DNA from: Croceivirga sp.
GTDB taxonomy: Bacteria; Bacteroidota; Bacteroidia; Flavobacteriales; Flavobacteriaceae
DNA length: 64,000 nucleotides
NCBI GenBank assembly: GCA_028284935.1
Contig: JANQQQ010000016.1
Span: forward strand, 86,730 to 150,729
Direction: 5' to 3'
The position numbers and the translations under genes were made by a program. Below the pieces are notes generated by a model. That model saw only the letters and a program-made list of their open reading frames with translations, had not been told where the DNA came from and made no database searches. How positions within the stretch are numbered: the stretch's first letter is position 1; each line of letters begins with the position of its first letter. Shown here in pieces: positions 17,870 to 28,844 of the stretch.

Positions 17870-20400
17870 TACTTCCAGTTTTTGGACTACTACTGTTGGC
17901 ATTGGGCTGTTCTACCAAAAAAGACGCCTTTATCAACCGCAATTGGCATGCCCTCAACACCAAGTTCAATGTACTTTATAATGGCAATATCGCCTTTGAG
18001 CAGGGACGGGAAGAGCTCAACGCATCCTACCGTGATGATTTTTGGGAAGTGCTTCCGGTGGAGCGTCTCGAAGTCACCGATGAAATCAAGCTGGATTCGG
18101 AAGACAACAACCCCAACTTTGAACGTGCTGAAGAAAAGGCGACCAAAGCCATTCAGAAGCACAGCATGAACATTAAGGACGAAGAGCGAAATCCGCAAAC
18201 TGATGAGGCTTTCCTCTTACTGGGCAAGGCGCGTTATTTTGACCAACGTTATATTCCGGCTTTGGAATCCTTCAATTATATCCTTAGAAATTATGTGGAG
18301 AGCAATAAGTTGAATGAAGCGACCATTTGGCGTGAAAAGACCAATATGCGATTGGACAATCCTGAGATTGCCATAAAAAACCTAAAGCGACTTTTAAAGT
18401 TTGAGGAATTAAGGGATCAGGAATATGCAGATTCCCATGCCGTAATGGCGCAGAGTTACCTAATGCTCAATGCTCCAGATACTGCCATACAACAACTAAA
18501 AGTAGCGCAGGCCTACACAAATAAAAACGAAGAGCGGGGGCGCTATCTCTTTATCATTGGTCAGTTATACAATCAACTAGGCTTTAAAGACAGTGCCAAC
18601 TATGCCTTTGATAAGGTCATTGCCTTAAACCGAAAGTCCCCAAGGGTGTATATGATCAATGCCCATATCAAAAAAATTCAGAATACCGAAGTCACCTCCG
18701 AAAACCAAGAATTCCTTTTGGAATACCTTACCGATTTGGAAGAAAACCGGGAGAATCGACCTTTTTTGGACAAGATTTATCATCAGATAGCGAATTACCA
18801 TCTGGAAACGAGATCGGATAGTACCGCCTTGGTCTATTATAACAAGTCGCTCCGTGCTACGCAACAGGACCGGAAGTTAAATGCCAGAAATTATGAGACC
18901 CTTGGAGAGTATTTTTTTAATCTCAAGGAATACAAAAGAGCTGGAGCCTATTACGATAGCACCTTGACCAATTTGGCGGAGAACACCAAGAAGTTCCGTC
19001 GCATCAAGAAGAAGTTTGACAATTTGGAAGACGTGATCAAATACGAGGATATTGTTCAATATGCAGATAGTGTAGTTACGGTTTACCAAATGCCCGAGGA
19101 CGAGCGCATTGCCTATTTTGAAGATTATATCCAGCAGTTAAAAGAAGAAGCTGCAGCGCTTGAAGCTCAAAAGGAGAAAAAAGCCAATGCAGGCTATGCT
19201 GCTTTTGCACAGAGTCAAGGAGGTAAAGAAAATAAGGGCAAGTTCTATTTCTATAATGTCACCAGTTTGGGTTATGGCAAAACTGATTTTAAAACCCGAT
19301 GGGGAGAACGTCCGCTTGAAGACGATTGGCGATGGAGCAACAAGACCAGGGTGGCACCATCCGAAGCAACCGGAGAATTGGTGGCAGCCAATGATAGCGT
19401 TGCAATTGTATCTGACGAAGAGCGGTATTCAGTAGCATACTATATGGACCAATTGCCCACAGACCCCAAAGTTGTTGATAGTCTGGCAGGGGAACGAAAT
19501 TTTGCCAATTATCAATTGGGCTTGATCTACAAAGAAAAATTCAAGGAAAACCTTTTGGCCGCAGGAAAATTGGAAGCGGTCCTTAAAGGAAATCCTGAAG
19601 AACGATTGATACTACCTTCAAAATATAACCTTTATAAAATCTATCAAGAAACCGGAAGTCCCTTGGCTGAAGGCATACGACAAGATATTTTGACCAATCA
19701 TGCCGATAGTCGTTATGCTACCATATTATTGAATCCCGATGCAGTTTTGGCCGATGATGAACAAGGGCCGGAAGCCCGATATAATGAGCTGTTCAAAAAA
19801 TACCGGCAGCAAGAATTTTTACGGGTCATCACCGAATCACAAGACTATATCAATCGTTTTACCGGCGACCCCATTGTGCCCAAATTTGAACTCCTTAAGG
19901 CAAATGCCATTGGAAGGTTACAAGGCTTTGAACCTTACAAGGAGGCTTTGAACTACGTGGCGCTGACCTACCCCAATAGTCCCGAAGGTAAAAAGGCGGA
20001 ACAGATTATTGCCGAGCAACTGCCCAAGTTGGAGTCCAAGGAATTTTCTCCAGAAGAGGGGAGTACGGGCACTGGAAATTGGAAGGTGGTTTTTCCTTTT
20101 AAAATCCGTGACGACGAGAACGCATTGAAACTGCTTAAACGGCTGGACGATGTGATAAAGGATTTACGGTACAAGAATATTGCATCCAAGGACATTTACA
20201 ACCTGGAAAACCAGTTTGTGGTGGTACATGGCTTCAAATCAAAAGACTTTGCACTAGGCTTTTCGGAGCTTATAAAAAAGAATAAGGACTATCGCATCCA
20301 GGATGAGAATTTTGTAGTTTTGTCCAAGAACTACCAGACCATCCTTGTACACAAAAATTTAGACGCTTACAAAGCACAATTGTTAACCCCAAAACCGTGA
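17848..20400 (+). CDS. sprE: Gliding motility / T9SS TPR lipoprotein SprE (PorW family)
   Basis: Lipobox LALG-C, STKKDAFINRNWHALNTKFNVLYNG, TPR-like helices and WGERPLEDDWR. Sits upstream of bactofilin and the atp operon. Confidence 0.8.
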   Translation: MKLRFTSILPVFGLLLLALGCSTKKDAFINRNWHALNTKFNVLYNGNIAFEQGREELNASYRDDFWEVLPVERLEVTDEIKLDSEDNNPNFERAEEKATKAIQKHSMNIKDEERNPQTDEAFLLLGKARYFDQRYIPALESFNYILRNYVESNKLNEATIWREKTNMRLDNPEIAIKNLKRLLKFEELRDQEYADSHAVMAQSYLMLNAPDTAIQQLKVAQAYTNKNEERGRYLFIIGQLYNQLGFKDSANYAFDKVIALNRKSPRVYMINAHIKKIQNTEVTSENQEFLLEYLTDLEENRENRPFLDKIYHQIANYHLETRSDSTALVYYNKSLRATQQDRKLNARNYETLGEYFFNLKEYKRAGAYYDSTLTNLAENTKKFRRIKKKFDNLEDVIKYEDIVQYADSVVTVYQMPEDERIAYFEDYIQQLKEEAAALEAQKEKKANAGYAAFAQSQGGKENKGKFYFYNVTSLGYGKTDFKTRWGERPLEDDWRWSNKTRVAPSEATGELVAANDSVAIVSDEERYSVAYYMDQLPTDPKVVDSLAGERNFANYQLGLIYKEKFKENLLAAGKLEAVLKGNPEERLILPSKYNLYKIYQETGSPLAEGIRQDILTNHADSRYATILLNPDAVLADDEQGPEARYNELFKKYRQQEFLRVITESQDYINRFTGDPIVPKFELLKANAIGRLQGFEPYKEALNYVALTYPNSPEGKKAEQIIAEQLPKLESKEFSPEEGSTGTGNWKVVFPFKIRDDENALKLLKRLDDVIKDLRYKNIASKDIYNLENQFVVVHGFKSKDFALGFSELIKKNKDYRIQDENFVVLSKNYQTILVHKNLDAYKAQLLTPKP

Positions 20401-20404
20401 ACAA

Positions 20405-20836
20405 ATGTTCTCAGACAAACAAAAACCCCGACCTATGGAAAACTTTGGCGGACAGCCCAACAGAATCGAAAAGAATACCGTAATCAAAGGTAACATCACT
20501 TCTGAAGCTGATTTTAGAATAGATGGAAAACTGGAAGGAAATGTAAAAACTTCTGGTAAAGTAGTTATTGGTAAAGATGGATTGATCAAAGGAAAAGTGG
20601 AATGTGTAAATGCCGATATTGAAGGCAACTTCAACGGAGAGCTTTATGTATCGGAATTACTGTCCCTAAAAAACTCTGCAAAGATTGAGGGCACGGTCAA
20701 CGTGACCAAATTGGCCGTTGAACCAGGAGCAACCTTTAATGCCTCATGCACTATGGGCAAAGGGACTGCCCCGGCAACGGGAAACACCCATAAACTACAG
20801 CCTTCAAAAGTGAATGAGCCGGCAAAAGTCTCCTAA
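20405..20836 (+). CDS. Bactofilin (polymer-forming cytoskeletal protein)
   Basis: IEKNTVIKGNI...FRIDGKLEGNV...IGKDGLIKG...LAVEPGATFNASC. Confidence 0.9.
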   Translation: MFSDKQKPRPMENFGGQPNRIEKNTVIKGNITSEADFRIDGKLEGNVKTSGKVVIGKDGLIKGKVECVNADIEGNFNGELYVSELLSLKNSAKIEGTVNVTKLAVEPGATFNASCTMGKGTAPATGNTHKLQPSKVNEPAKVS

Positions 20837-21047
20837 GAAGAACAACGGCTTAAAAAATGGTGTTGCCTTAACTGGCATTGCCTTCGAAATGGGCATTATT
20901 ATATACCTTGCCGTAAAAGGGGGCAATTGGATGGATGCGCATTATGGAACCGAAAAAAAATATTTTACCGTGATAGCCACACTTTTAGGTGTGGCTATTG
21001 CTATTTGGGTAGTTTTGCAACAATTGAAACGACTCAATAATTCATGA
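20814..21047 (+). CDS. AtpZ/AtpI-family membrane protein
   Basis: Two TM segments (GIAFEMGIIIY...GNWMD), first of the atp-associated genes. Confidence 0.85.
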   Translation: MSRQKSPKKNNGLKNGVALTGIAFEMGIIIYLAVKGGNWMDAHYGTEKKYFTVIATLLGVAIAIWVVLQQLKRLNNS

Positions 21048-21436
21048 AGAAATTACCCTTTCGCTTCACTTTAGTGCTGCTAATTGCCTTGCTACTTGCT
21101 TTCTTTCTTCACTTTTTTGCATTGAAGAATTTGAACCTACCTCCTTTTGCTGATATGTTGGTTCCCTCCTACATCACTAATTTCTTGCTGGCTACTGCTA
21201 TTTTTATGGGCCTTTTTTATGCACGAAAAAAGCTGAAAAATGCGCTGGGCTTTTTATTTATGGGGGGCAGCCTAATAAAGTTTGCGGTATTTTTTGTTGT
21301 TTTTTATCCTTCGTATAGAGCAGATGGAGAAATTGTACGAACAGAATTCGCTGCTTTTTTTATCCCATATTTGACAGCACTTGTACTGGAGACCTATTTT
21401 GCTTCAAAAATGTTGAATCAGATTGCTGATTCTTGA
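21044..21436 (+). CDS. ATP synthase-associated 4-TM protein (AtpI-like)
   Basis: Four hydrophobic segments, located between atpZ and atpB. Confidence 0.7.
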   Translation: MKKLPFRFTLVLLIALLLAFFLHFFALKNLNLPPFADMLVPSYITNFLLATAIFMGLFYARKKLKNALGFLFMGGSLIKFAVFFVVFYPSYRADGEIVRTEFAAFFIPYLTALVLETYFASKMLNQIADS

Positions 21437-21504
21437 TTTTTACAACGGCTTTTAAATGACTAAAAATAAAGCAATAAAGCTTTTTTCCTTTTGAGGGAAA
21501 GACT

Positions 21505-21512
21505 TACATTTG
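21505..21512 (+). promoter_or_regulatory. -7 promoter element of atpB
   Basis: TACATTTG matches TAnnTTTG. Supports a start at ATG 21546 rather than TTG 21510. Confidence 0.65.
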
Positions 21513-21545
21513 CACCGATTTTTAAGGACCGTTAGTTCTAGCGCA

Positions 21546-22682
21546 ATGCGAAAAACGTTTTTGAAGAGTTTTCTTCTTTTTTCTGTACTGATTTTAAGTC
21601 AAATTTCCTTCGGAAAAGAGAAGGAAGAAAAACACGGTGGAGAAGGTCATGGAAAGGACCTCAAAACCGAAATCAAGGAATACATCCAACACCACTTACA
21701 GGATTCCCACGATTTCTCCCTTTTCTCGTATACGGAGGAAAATGGAGAGCATAAATATGTGGGCTTTCCATTGCCGGTTATCCTATGGGATGAGGGATTG
21801 AAAGTGTTCTCATCCTCTAAATTTCATCATGGGGAAACCTTGGCTGAAGTGGATGGCAATTATTACAAATTATACCATAGCAAAATTTATAAAACGGATG
21901 CTGATGGCACCATCACCTATGATGCGGAGCATCACCCAACCAATGTAAAACCTTTGGATTTCTCCATCACCAAAAATGTGGTGATGATCATAGTAACGGG
22001 TCTTTTAATGTTATGGTTGTTCAGTAGCTTGGCTAAATCATATGCCAAGAACAATAGCATTCCAACGGGGGTAGGTCGGTTTTTCGAGCCTATCGTCCTT
22101 TACATTCGAGATGATATTGCCCGACCCAATATTGGGGAAAAGCGGTATCAAAAATACATGCCCTTTCTGTTGACCATATTCTTTTTTATCTGGTTCTTGA
22201 ACATGTTTGGCATGACCCCACTTGGAATCAACGTAACAGGAAATTTAGCGGTTACGACCGCCTTGGCCGTTTTGACTTTTATCATTACCAATTTTACGGG
22301 AACAAAGGATTATTGGATGCACCAGTTCAACCCTCTTGGTGATTCCTTGCCTTGGTATGGAAAAATTCCTTTGTATATCATATTGGTTCCTATTGAATTG
22401 TTGGGACTTATTATCAAGCCGTTCTCACTGTTGATTCGTTTGTATGCAAACATGCAGGCCGGGCATATTGTTATTGGTAGTTTGATTGGTCTCATGTTCA
22501 TTTTTAAGAGTTGGATCGGAAGTCCTTTGTCCTTCGGATTAGCTTTTGCCATTATGTTGATTGAAGTTCTTGTAGCCTTGCTACAGGCCTATATATTTAC
22601 CATGTTGAGTGCACTGTATTTCGGATTCGCTTCCGAAGAACATGAGCATGAACATGATCACGAGGCAGAATTGTCTCACTAA
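21546..22682 (+). CDS. atpB: F0F1 ATP synthase subunit a
   Basis: KPFSLLIRLYANMQAGH and LQAYIF motifs, with the Bacteroidota-type long N-terminal region. Confidence 0.95.
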   Translation: MRKTFLKSFLLFSVLILSQISFGKEKEEKHGGEGHGKDLKTEIKEYIQHHLQDSHDFSLFSYTEENGEHKYVGFPLPVILWDEGLKVFSSSKFHHGETLAEVDGNYYKLYHSKIYKTDADGTITYDAEHHPTNVKPLDFSITKNVVMIIVTGLLMLWLFSSLAKSYAKNNSIPTGVGRFFEPIVLYIRDDIARPNIGEKRYQKYMPFLLTIFFFIWFLNMFGMTPLGINVTGNLAVTTALAVLTFIITNFTGTKDYWMHQFNPLGDSLPWYGKIPLYIILVPIELLGLIIKPFSLLIRLYANMQAGHIVIGSLIGLMFIFKSWIGSPLSFGLAFAIMLIEVLVALLQAYIFTMLSALYFGFASEEHEHEHDHEAELSH

Positions 22683-22713
22683 GTTGAATTTTTAATTTTT
22701 AAACTAGATACAC

Positions 22714-22905
22714 ATGGAAGTTCCAGTAATGGTAGGTGCAGGTTTGGTTGTTATCGGTGTTGGTATGGGTATTGGTAGAATCGGTGGTTCTGCAATGGAA
22801 GCCATCGCTCGTCAGCCCGAAGCATACGGTAAAATTCAAACAGCAATGTTGATTGCTGCTGCATTGATCGAAGGTATTGGTTTCGCTGCACTTTTTGCAA
22901 CCTAA
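22714..22905 (+). CDS. atpE: F0F1 ATP synthase subunit c
   Basis: GAGL..IG.G.GIG, ARQPE and ALIEG motifs. Confidence 0.95.
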   Translation: MEVPVMVGAGLVVIGVGMGIGRIGGSAMEAIARQPEAYGKIQTAMLIAAALIEGIGFAALFAT

Positions 22906-22924
22906 TCATTCCGAAAAAGCAAAA

Positions 22925-22947
22925 GGCCGTAACGGTTGGTTGCGGCC
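22925..22947 (+). other. Stem-loop after atpE (possible mRNA stabiliser)
   Basis: GGCCGTAAC-GGTTG-GTTGCGGCC, 9 bp including one G-U pair. Confidence 0.55.
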
Positions 22948-22980
22948 CTTGTTTAAAAATTAAAATGTAAAAAGAAAGAC

Positions 22981-23481
22981 ATGGAAAAATTATTGAGTGA
23001 GTTTTCATTGGGATTGTTCTTCTGGCAAACACTGCTCTTTTTGTTGTTGCTCTGGTTGCTAAGGAAATTTGCGTGGAAGCCTATTCTCAACGCGGTAAAA
23101 GATCGTGAAGAGGGCATAAAAAATGCTTTGGAAGCTGCCGAAGATGCCAAGAAGGAAATGCAAAACGTCACCGCGGATAGTGAAAAGCTTTTAAAGGAGG
23201 CCCGTGCGGAACGTGAGGCAATGTTAAAAGAGGCAAGGGAAATCAAGGATAAAATGATTTCTGACGCCAAAGAGCAGGCGCAAACGGAAGGCGATAAAAT
23301 GATAAAGCAGGCACAAGCAGCTATTGAAAGTGAAAAGAAAGCAGCGGTAGCTGATATTAAGGAGCAAGTAGCTACGCTTTCCGTGGATATTGCCGAGAAA
23401 GTAATCAAGGGAGAATTGTCCGACAAGAAAAAACAACTAAAGGTGGTTGAGGACATGTTGGGCGACATAAAACTGAACTAA
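22981..23481 (+). CDS. atpF: F0F1 ATP synthase subunit b
   Basis: N-terminal TM, KFAWKPIL, long coiled coil. Confidence 0.95.
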   Translation: MEKLLSEFSLGLFFWQTLLFLLLLWLLRKFAWKPILNAVKDREEGIKNALEAAEDAKKEMQNVTADSEKLLKEARAEREAMLKEAREIKDKMISDAKEQAQTEGDKMIKQAQAAIESEKKAAVADIKEQVATLSVDIAEKVIKGELSDKKKQLKVVEDMLGDIKLN

Positions 23482-23486
23482 TACCA

Positions 23487-24026
23487 ATGAGCAATAGTAG
23501 GGCTGCCATCCGATATGCAAAAGCAACCTTAGATTATGCGGTTGAGAAAAAAGCTGCTGATAAAGTAGATTCCGATATGCGTAATGTTTCGGAAACCGTT
23601 TCGGAAAACCTGGAACTACAGCAATTATTGACGAGTCCGGTCATTAAGAACGAGGTCAAAAAAAACACGCTTTCAACCATCTTTAAAGAGAGCAACCAAA
23701 TTACGTTAGGCCTAATCAATACACTTGCTGATAATAAGCGAATCGATCTATTACAAGAAGTTGCCTTTAAATACATTATTCAATACGAAAAAATGAAAGG
23801 CGAAGATATTGCTATGGTTACGACCGCCGTTCCACTTACGGCAGCATTGGAGAAAAAGGTTTTGGCCAAAGTAAAAGAACTTAGTGGAGGCAAAGTTTCC
23901 CTTGAAAACAAAATTGATGAGAGTATTGTCGGCGGATTTGTACTACGAATCGGAGACTTACAATATGATGCCAGTGTGGCGAACCAATTGAATACATTAA
24001 AACGAGAATTTACAAATAGTCTATAA
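23487..24026 (+). CDS. atpH: ATP synthase delta subunit
   Basis: RAAIRYAKA...[18 protein letters not shown]. Confidence 0.95.
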   Translation: MSNSRAAIRYAKATLDYAVEKKAADKVDSDMRNVSETVSENLELQQLLTSPVIKNEVKKNTLSTIFKESNQITLGLINTLADNKRIDLLQEVAFKYIIQYEKMKGEDIAMVTTAVPLTAALEKKVLAKVKELSGGKVSLENKIDESIVGGFVLRIGDLQYDASVANQLNTLKREFTNSL

Positions 24027-24027
24027 A

Positions 24028-25608
24028 ATGGCAGGAGTAAAAGCAGCTGAGGTTTCAGCAATATTGAAAAAGCAATTATCAGGTTTTGAGGCAACGGCTT
24101 CCTTGGACGAAGTGGGCACCGTACTACAGGTAGGTGATGGTATTGCCAGGGTTTATGGTCTGTCTAATGCACAATATGGGGAATTGGTGGAGTTTGATGG
24201 TGGTATGCAAGGTATCGTATTGAACTTGGAAGAAGATAATGTGGGTGTGGTATTATTGGGACCATCCAAGGAAATCTTGGAAGGCGCTACTGTAAAACGT
24301 ACACAGACGATTGCCTCCATTCAAGTAGGAGAAGGTATTGTGGGTCGAGTGGTGGACACCCTTGGAAATCCAATTGATGGAAAAGGACCAATTACAGGAG
24401 AAACCTATGAGATGCCATTGGAACGTAAAGCGCCTGGTGTAATTTACCGTCAACCGGTAAATGAACCGCTACAAACCGGGGTGAAGGCTATTGATGCCAT
24501 GATTCCCATTGGTAGGGGGCAACGTGAGTTGGTGATCGGTGACCGACAAACCGGTAAAACCACAGTGTGTATCGATACCATCCTGAACCAGAAGGAGTTT
24601 TACGATGCTGGTGAGCCCGTGTATTGTATTTATGTTGCTGTGGGCCAAAAGGCATCTACGGTTGCTGCCATTGCAAAGACTTTGGAAGATAAAGGTGCTT
24701 TGGCCTATACAACCATTGTTGCTGCAAATGCTTCCGATCCTGCTCCAATGCAAGTATATGCTCCTTTTGCTGGGGCTTCCATAGGAGAGTACTTCCGGGA
24801 TACAGGACGTCCTGCCTTGATTATCTATGATGACTTGTCAAAGCAAGCGGTCGCCTATCGTGAGGTATCCCTTTTGTTGAGAAGACCTCCGGGGCGTGAG
24901 GCCTATCCTGGAGACGTTTTCTATTTGCACTCAAGGTTGTTGGAACGCGCGGCGAAAGTTATTAATGATGACAAAGTGGCCCAGAATATGAACGACTTGC
25001 CTGATGCTTTGAAAGACAAGGTGAAAGGGGGCGGTTCGCTAACGGCACTTCCCATTATTGAAACACAAGCAGGTGACGTTTCTGCCTATATTCCAACCAA
25101 CGTTATTTCGATTACCGATGGCCAGATTTTCTTGGAACAAGACCTGTTCAACCAAGGAGTCCGACCAGCCATTAACGTGGGAATCTCAGTATCGCGTGTT
25201 GGGGGTTCTGCTCAGATAAAGTCCATGAAAAAAGTGGCAGGTACCCTGAAATTGGATCAAGCCCAGTTCCGTGAATTGGAAGCATTTGCCAAGTTTGGTT
25301 CCGATTTGGATGCCGCTACCATGAACGTTATTGAAAAAGGGCGTCGCAATGTTGAAATCTTGAAGCAGGCACAGAACGATCCTTTTACGGTTGAAGATCA
25401 AGTAGCCATCATTTTCGCTGGATCCAAGAACTTGTTGAGAGATGTACCCGTCAACAAGGTAAAAGAATTTGAAACGGATTTTATTGAGTTCTTGAACGCC
25501 AAGCACCGCGGAGTTTTGGATACGTTGAAATCAGGGAAATTGACCGATGAGGTAATTGAGACCTTAACCTCCGTGTGCATGGATTTATCAGGAAAGTACA
25601 AAGCGTAA
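24028..25608 (+). CDS. atpA: ATP synthase alpha subunit
   Basis: GDRQTGKT and [23 protein letters not shown]. Confidence 0.98.
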   Translation: MAGVKAAEVSAILKKQLSGFEATASLDEVGTVLQVGDGIARVYGLSNAQYGELVEFDGGMQGIVLNLEEDNVGVVLLGPSKEILEGATVKRTQTIASIQVGEGIVGRVVDTLGNPIDGKGPITGETYEMPLERKAPGVIYRQPVNEPLQTGVKAIDAMIPIGRGQRELVIGDRQTGKTTVCIDTILNQKEFYDAGEPVYCIYVAVGQKASTVAAIAKTLEDKGALAYTTIVAANASDPAPMQVYAPFAGASIGEYFRDTGRPALIIYDDLSKQAVAYREVSLLLRRPPGREAYPGDVFYLHSRLLERAAKVINDDKVAQNMNDLPDALKDKVKGGGSLTALPIIETQAGDVSAYIPTNVISITDGQIFLEQDLFNQGVRPAINVGISVSRVGGSAQIKSMKKVAGTLKLDQAQFRELEAFAKFGSDLDAATMNVIEKGRRNVEILKQAQNDPFTVEDQVAIIFAGSKNLLRDVPVNKVKEFETDFIEFLNAKHRGVLDTLKSGKLTDEVIETLTSVCMDLSGKYKA

Positions 25609-25623
25609 TACAAACAAGTTCAA

Positions 25624-26484
25624 ATGCCGAATCTTAAGGAGATACGAAATAGGATTGCTTCGGTAAAATCAACGATGCAGATTACCAGCGCCATGAAAAT
25701 GGTATCCGCTGCTAAGTTGAAGAAGGCACAAGATGCTATTACTGCCATGCGTCCTTACGCCAATAAGTTGACGGAGTTATTGCAAAATTTAAGTGGAAGC
25801 TTGGATGGGGATGTCGGCGCTAAATATACCGACAACCGCGAGGTAAAAAAGGTACTTATCGTATCCATTACGTCCAACCGAGGTCTCTGTGGGGCGTTCA
25901 ATTCAAATATCATCAAAGAATCCGTTTCATTGTATCATGGCAAGTATGGTGGAAAGCAAGTGGAATACATTACCATTGGTAAAAAGGGGAATGATATTCT
26001 GGGAAAGAAGTTTACCATTATTGCCAATGAAAGTGCCGTATTTGATGACTTGACCTTTGAAAATGTGGCCCGGATTGCCGAAGATTTGATGGCCAAATTT
26101 ACGGGAGGCGAATACGACCAAATTGACTTGGTCTACAACCGTTTTAAAAATGCGGCTACCCAAATTGTTACCACGGAACAGTTTTTACCCATAGTACCCG
26201 TTGAGGGGGATACCAATGTAGGTGCAGATTATATTTTTGAGCCCTCAAAACCGGAGATTGTGGAGCAATTGATTCCAAAGTCGCTAAAGACGCAATTGTA
26301 CAAGGCCATTCGCGACTCTTTTGCCAGTGAGCACGGTGCACGTATGACGGCCATGCACAAGGCAACGGATAATGCAGGGGAATTAAAGGACCAACTAACC
26401 TTAACCTATAACAAAGCAAGACAAGCGGCTATTACAGGTGAGATTTTGGAAATTGTTGGTGGTGCTGAAGCATTGAATGACTAA
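25624..26484 (+). CDS. atpG: ATP synthase gamma subunit
   Basis: QITSAMKMVSAAK, RGLCG and RQAAITGEILEIVGGAEA. Confidence 0.98.
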   Translation: MPNLKEIRNRIASVKSTMQITSAMKMVSAAKLKKAQDAITAMRPYANKLTELLQNLSGSLDGDVGAKYTDNREVKKVLIVSITSNRGLCGAFNSNIIKESVSLYHGKYGGKQVEYITIGKKGNDILGKKFTIIANESAVFDDLTFENVARIAEDLMAKFTGGEYDQIDLVYNRFKNAATQIVTTEQFLPIVPVEGDTNVGADYIFEPSKPEIVEQLIPKSLKTQLYKAIRDSFASEHGARMTAMHKATDNAGELKDQLTLTYNKARQAAITGEILEIVGGAEALND

Positions 26485-26520
26485 ATTAGTGGTAGGCCAT
26501 TAGCCATATAAACGATAGAT

Positions 26521-26547
26521 AGCCCCACATTAGTGGGGCTTTTTTTT
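26521..26547 (+). terminator. Intrinsic terminator of the atp operon
   Basis: AGCCCCAC-ATTA-GTGGGGCT followed by a T-tract. Confidence 0.9.
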
Positions 26548-26631
26548 GCATGAAACGAACATTAATAAATTTTATAAATCTCTTGACAAGAAGAAATGTA
26601 TAAAATTCTTAATGTGAGAGCGAAGCGGTTG

Positions 26632-26690
26632 CACACGTTCTTAATTTTATAATTAGCATCAATTAATAATTATTAAAATTATAACGTGTG
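26632..26690 (+). promoter_or_regulatory. Long imperfect inverted repeat covering the MFS start codon
   Basis: CACACGTT / AACGTGTG plus TAATTTTA / TAAAATTA plus TAATTA / TAATTA arms, about 22 bp in total, including GTG 26688. Confidence 0.6.
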
Positions 26691-27902
26691 AAATCAAAGA
26701 AGACTGCATTACTGTTCATATTTATCACCATTTTGGTTGATGTCATCGGAATAGGAATTATAATTCCCATCATTCCAGATTTTATCATGTTGTTGACAGG
26801 AGAGGGAACCCATATGGCCGTTATTTATGGAATGTGGCTAACCACTGCTTTTGCAGGAATGCAATTCTTTTTCTCTCCCGTGTTGGGCGAGATTTCAGAT
26901 CAATATGGGCGGAAGCCCATTCTCTTACTCTCACTTTTGGGATTAAGCATTGACTATCTGATCCATGCATGGGCACCAACCATTGCTTGGTTGTTTATTG
27001 GTCGTTTTTTGGCAGGTATTACAGGGGCTAGTTTTACGGTTGCCTCAGCCTATATTGCTGACATTAGTTCTGCCGAAGAAAAGGCAAAGAATTTTGGATT
27101 AATAGGAGCGGCGTTTGGACTAGGATTTATAATTGGCCCAGGTATCGGAGGATATTTTGGGGATATGGATATCAGGCTTCCGTTTTATATCGCTGCCGGA
27201 CTCACCTTTGCCAATTTTCTATTTGGATGGTTGATGGTGCCAGAATCACTCAAAGAAGAAAATCGTAGGTCGATTAATGTATTGAAAATGATTCCGGGAA
27301 TGTCATTAATTGCCCTTCGAAATTATAAAGGGGTATTGCTCTTAATAAGTGCGTTTTTCTTGGCGAATTTGGCAGGCCAGGTGCTACCCACGGTTTGGTC
27401 CTATTTCACGATTGAACGCTTTGATTGGAGTCCTAAGCAAATAGGTCTCTCTTTGGTCGCCGTTGGTCTTTTGGTGGCTTTTGTGCAAGGGTTTTTAGTA
27501 GGAAGGGCCATTGAGTGGTTTGGAAAACAAAAAGTGGTGACTTTTGGGTTTCTGCTATGGACTTTCGGCATGTTTTTATTCTCCCAGGCATCGGAACCAT
27601 GGATGCTTTACGCTTTTTTAATACCCTACGCCCTTGGAGGGGTTGCAGGACCGACCGTTCAAGGCATTATCTCCAACCAAGTATCTCAAAAGGAACAGGG
27701 TAATTTGCAAGGATCCATTACCGGATTGGTCAGCGTTACTGCTATTTTGGGGCAATTGGTTTTCGCACCGGTATTCTATTTCTATGTACGCCCCGAGGCC
27801 ACCATTTACTTTCCGGGGGCATCATTTGCCCTCGCGGCAGTCTTATTGTTGGCTGCTTTTATATTGGCGAAAACAGCCATGAATCGTATTTCATTGGATT
27901 AG
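26688..27902 (+). CDS. TCR/Tet-family MFS transporter
   Basis: GEISDQYGRKP (motif A), GRFLAG and GFIIGPGIGG (motif C), 12 TM segments. Confidence 0.92.
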   Translation: MKSKKTALLFIFITILVDVIGIGIIIPIIPDFIMLLTGEGTHMAVIYGMWLTTAFAGMQFFFSPVLGEISDQYGRKPILLLSLLGLSIDYLIHAWAPTIAWLFIGRFLAGITGASFTVASAYIADISSAEEKAKNFGLIGAAFGLGFIIGPGIGGYFGDMDIRLPFYIAAGLTFANFLFGWLMVPESLKEENRRSINVLKMIPGMSLIALRNYKGVLLLISAFFLANLAGQVLPTVWSYFTIERFDWSPKQIGLSLVAVGLLVAFVQGFLVGRAIEWFGKQKVVTFGFLLWTFGMFLFSQASEPWMLYAFLIPYALGGVAGPTVQGIISNQVSQKEQGNLQGSITGLVSVTAILGQLVFAPVFYFYVRPEATIYFPGASFALAAVLLLAAFILAKTAMNRISLD

Positions 27903-27990
27903 AAATTCAACCTTCTCCTATTTTTTTGGCATTTGGAAGTAACATTTTTTGGGTTTTGAATCAAAAGGGAAAATGATTAAAACTAAAAAA

Positions 27991-28833
27991 ATGAAAAGAG
28001 CAAAAAACGTAGTAGTGGTGGTAATTGTTTTCCTTTTAACCTACAACCTCCATGCTCAACACAAAACACTAGAGGTTCGGGTAGCTGGTGAAGGGAAACC
28101 CTTATTGTTTTTTCCCGGATTTACTTGTACGGATGAGGTATGGGAAGCCCAAGTTGCAGAACTATCAAAAGAATTTGAATGCCATTTGTTCACTTTTGCA
28201 GGATTTGGTGAAGTGCCACCGGTGGAATTTCCTTGGTATCCCAAAATTGAAGAGGGGGTTCACGAGTACATAAAGAAGAACAAATTGGAAAATGCCATAG
28301 CTATCGGCCATAGCTTGGGAGGCACGTTGGCGCTATCCCTGGCCTCGAAAGCACCTTTATTCAAAAAGCTGATCATTGTGGATGCCTTGACCGCAACAGG
28401 AGCTTTGATGTTTCCCAATTATAATAGCAATGATATAGTGTATGACAGTCCATACAACAAACAAGTGTTGGCCATGGGAGAGGAAGATTTTTCCAAAATG
28501 GCGGTTGGAATGGCTTCCGGCATGACAACCAATAAAGAGAAGCAAGATCAAATCGTTAACTGGATGAAACAGGCGGACCGAGAAACCTATGTATACGGGT
28601 ATACGGATTATTTAAAGGTGGACCTCAGGGAAGAGGTATCAAAAATAGAAATTCCAGTGATTATCCTTGCGGCAACCCAACCTTTTGGGGAGGAGATGGC
28701 CAAGCAGACCTATGCGGAACAGTATAAGAATTTAAGGGAGTATGAACTTCGATTTGCCCAAGGGGCTTCCCACTTTATTATGTTTGACCGACCGCAATGG
28801 TTCATGGAACAACTCAAGGTTAGTATTGATTAA
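27991..28833 (+). CDS. Alpha/beta hydrolase, exported
   Basis: FFPG, GHSLGG nucleophile elbow and ASHFIM. Start is uncertain (27949-27991). Confidence 0.88.
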   Translation: MKRAKNVVVVVIVFLLTYNLHAQHKTLEVRVAGEGKPLLFFPGFTCTDEVWEAQVAELSKEFECHLFTFAGFGEVPPVEFPWYPKIEEGVHEYIKKNKLENAIAIGHSLGGTLALSLASKAPLFKKLIIVDALTATGALMFPNYNSNDIVYDSPYNKQVLAMGEEDFSKMAVGMASGMTTNKEKQDQIVNWMKQADRETYVYGYTDYLKVDLREEVSKIEIPVIILAATQPFGEEMAKQTYAEQYKNLREYELRFAQGASHFIMFDRPQWFMEQLKVSID

Positions 28834-28844
28834 TCAATATCGCG

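Noticed and set aside
21546-26484. ATP synthase operon lacks atpD and atpC
   Set aside because: The split operon is normal in Bacteroidota. The c subunit (IEG, no Q/ES motif) looks like an ordinary H+ type.
26688-27902. Acquired tetracycline resistance gene
   Set aside because: Only family-level similarity, with no tetR or mobile context; the substrate is unknown.
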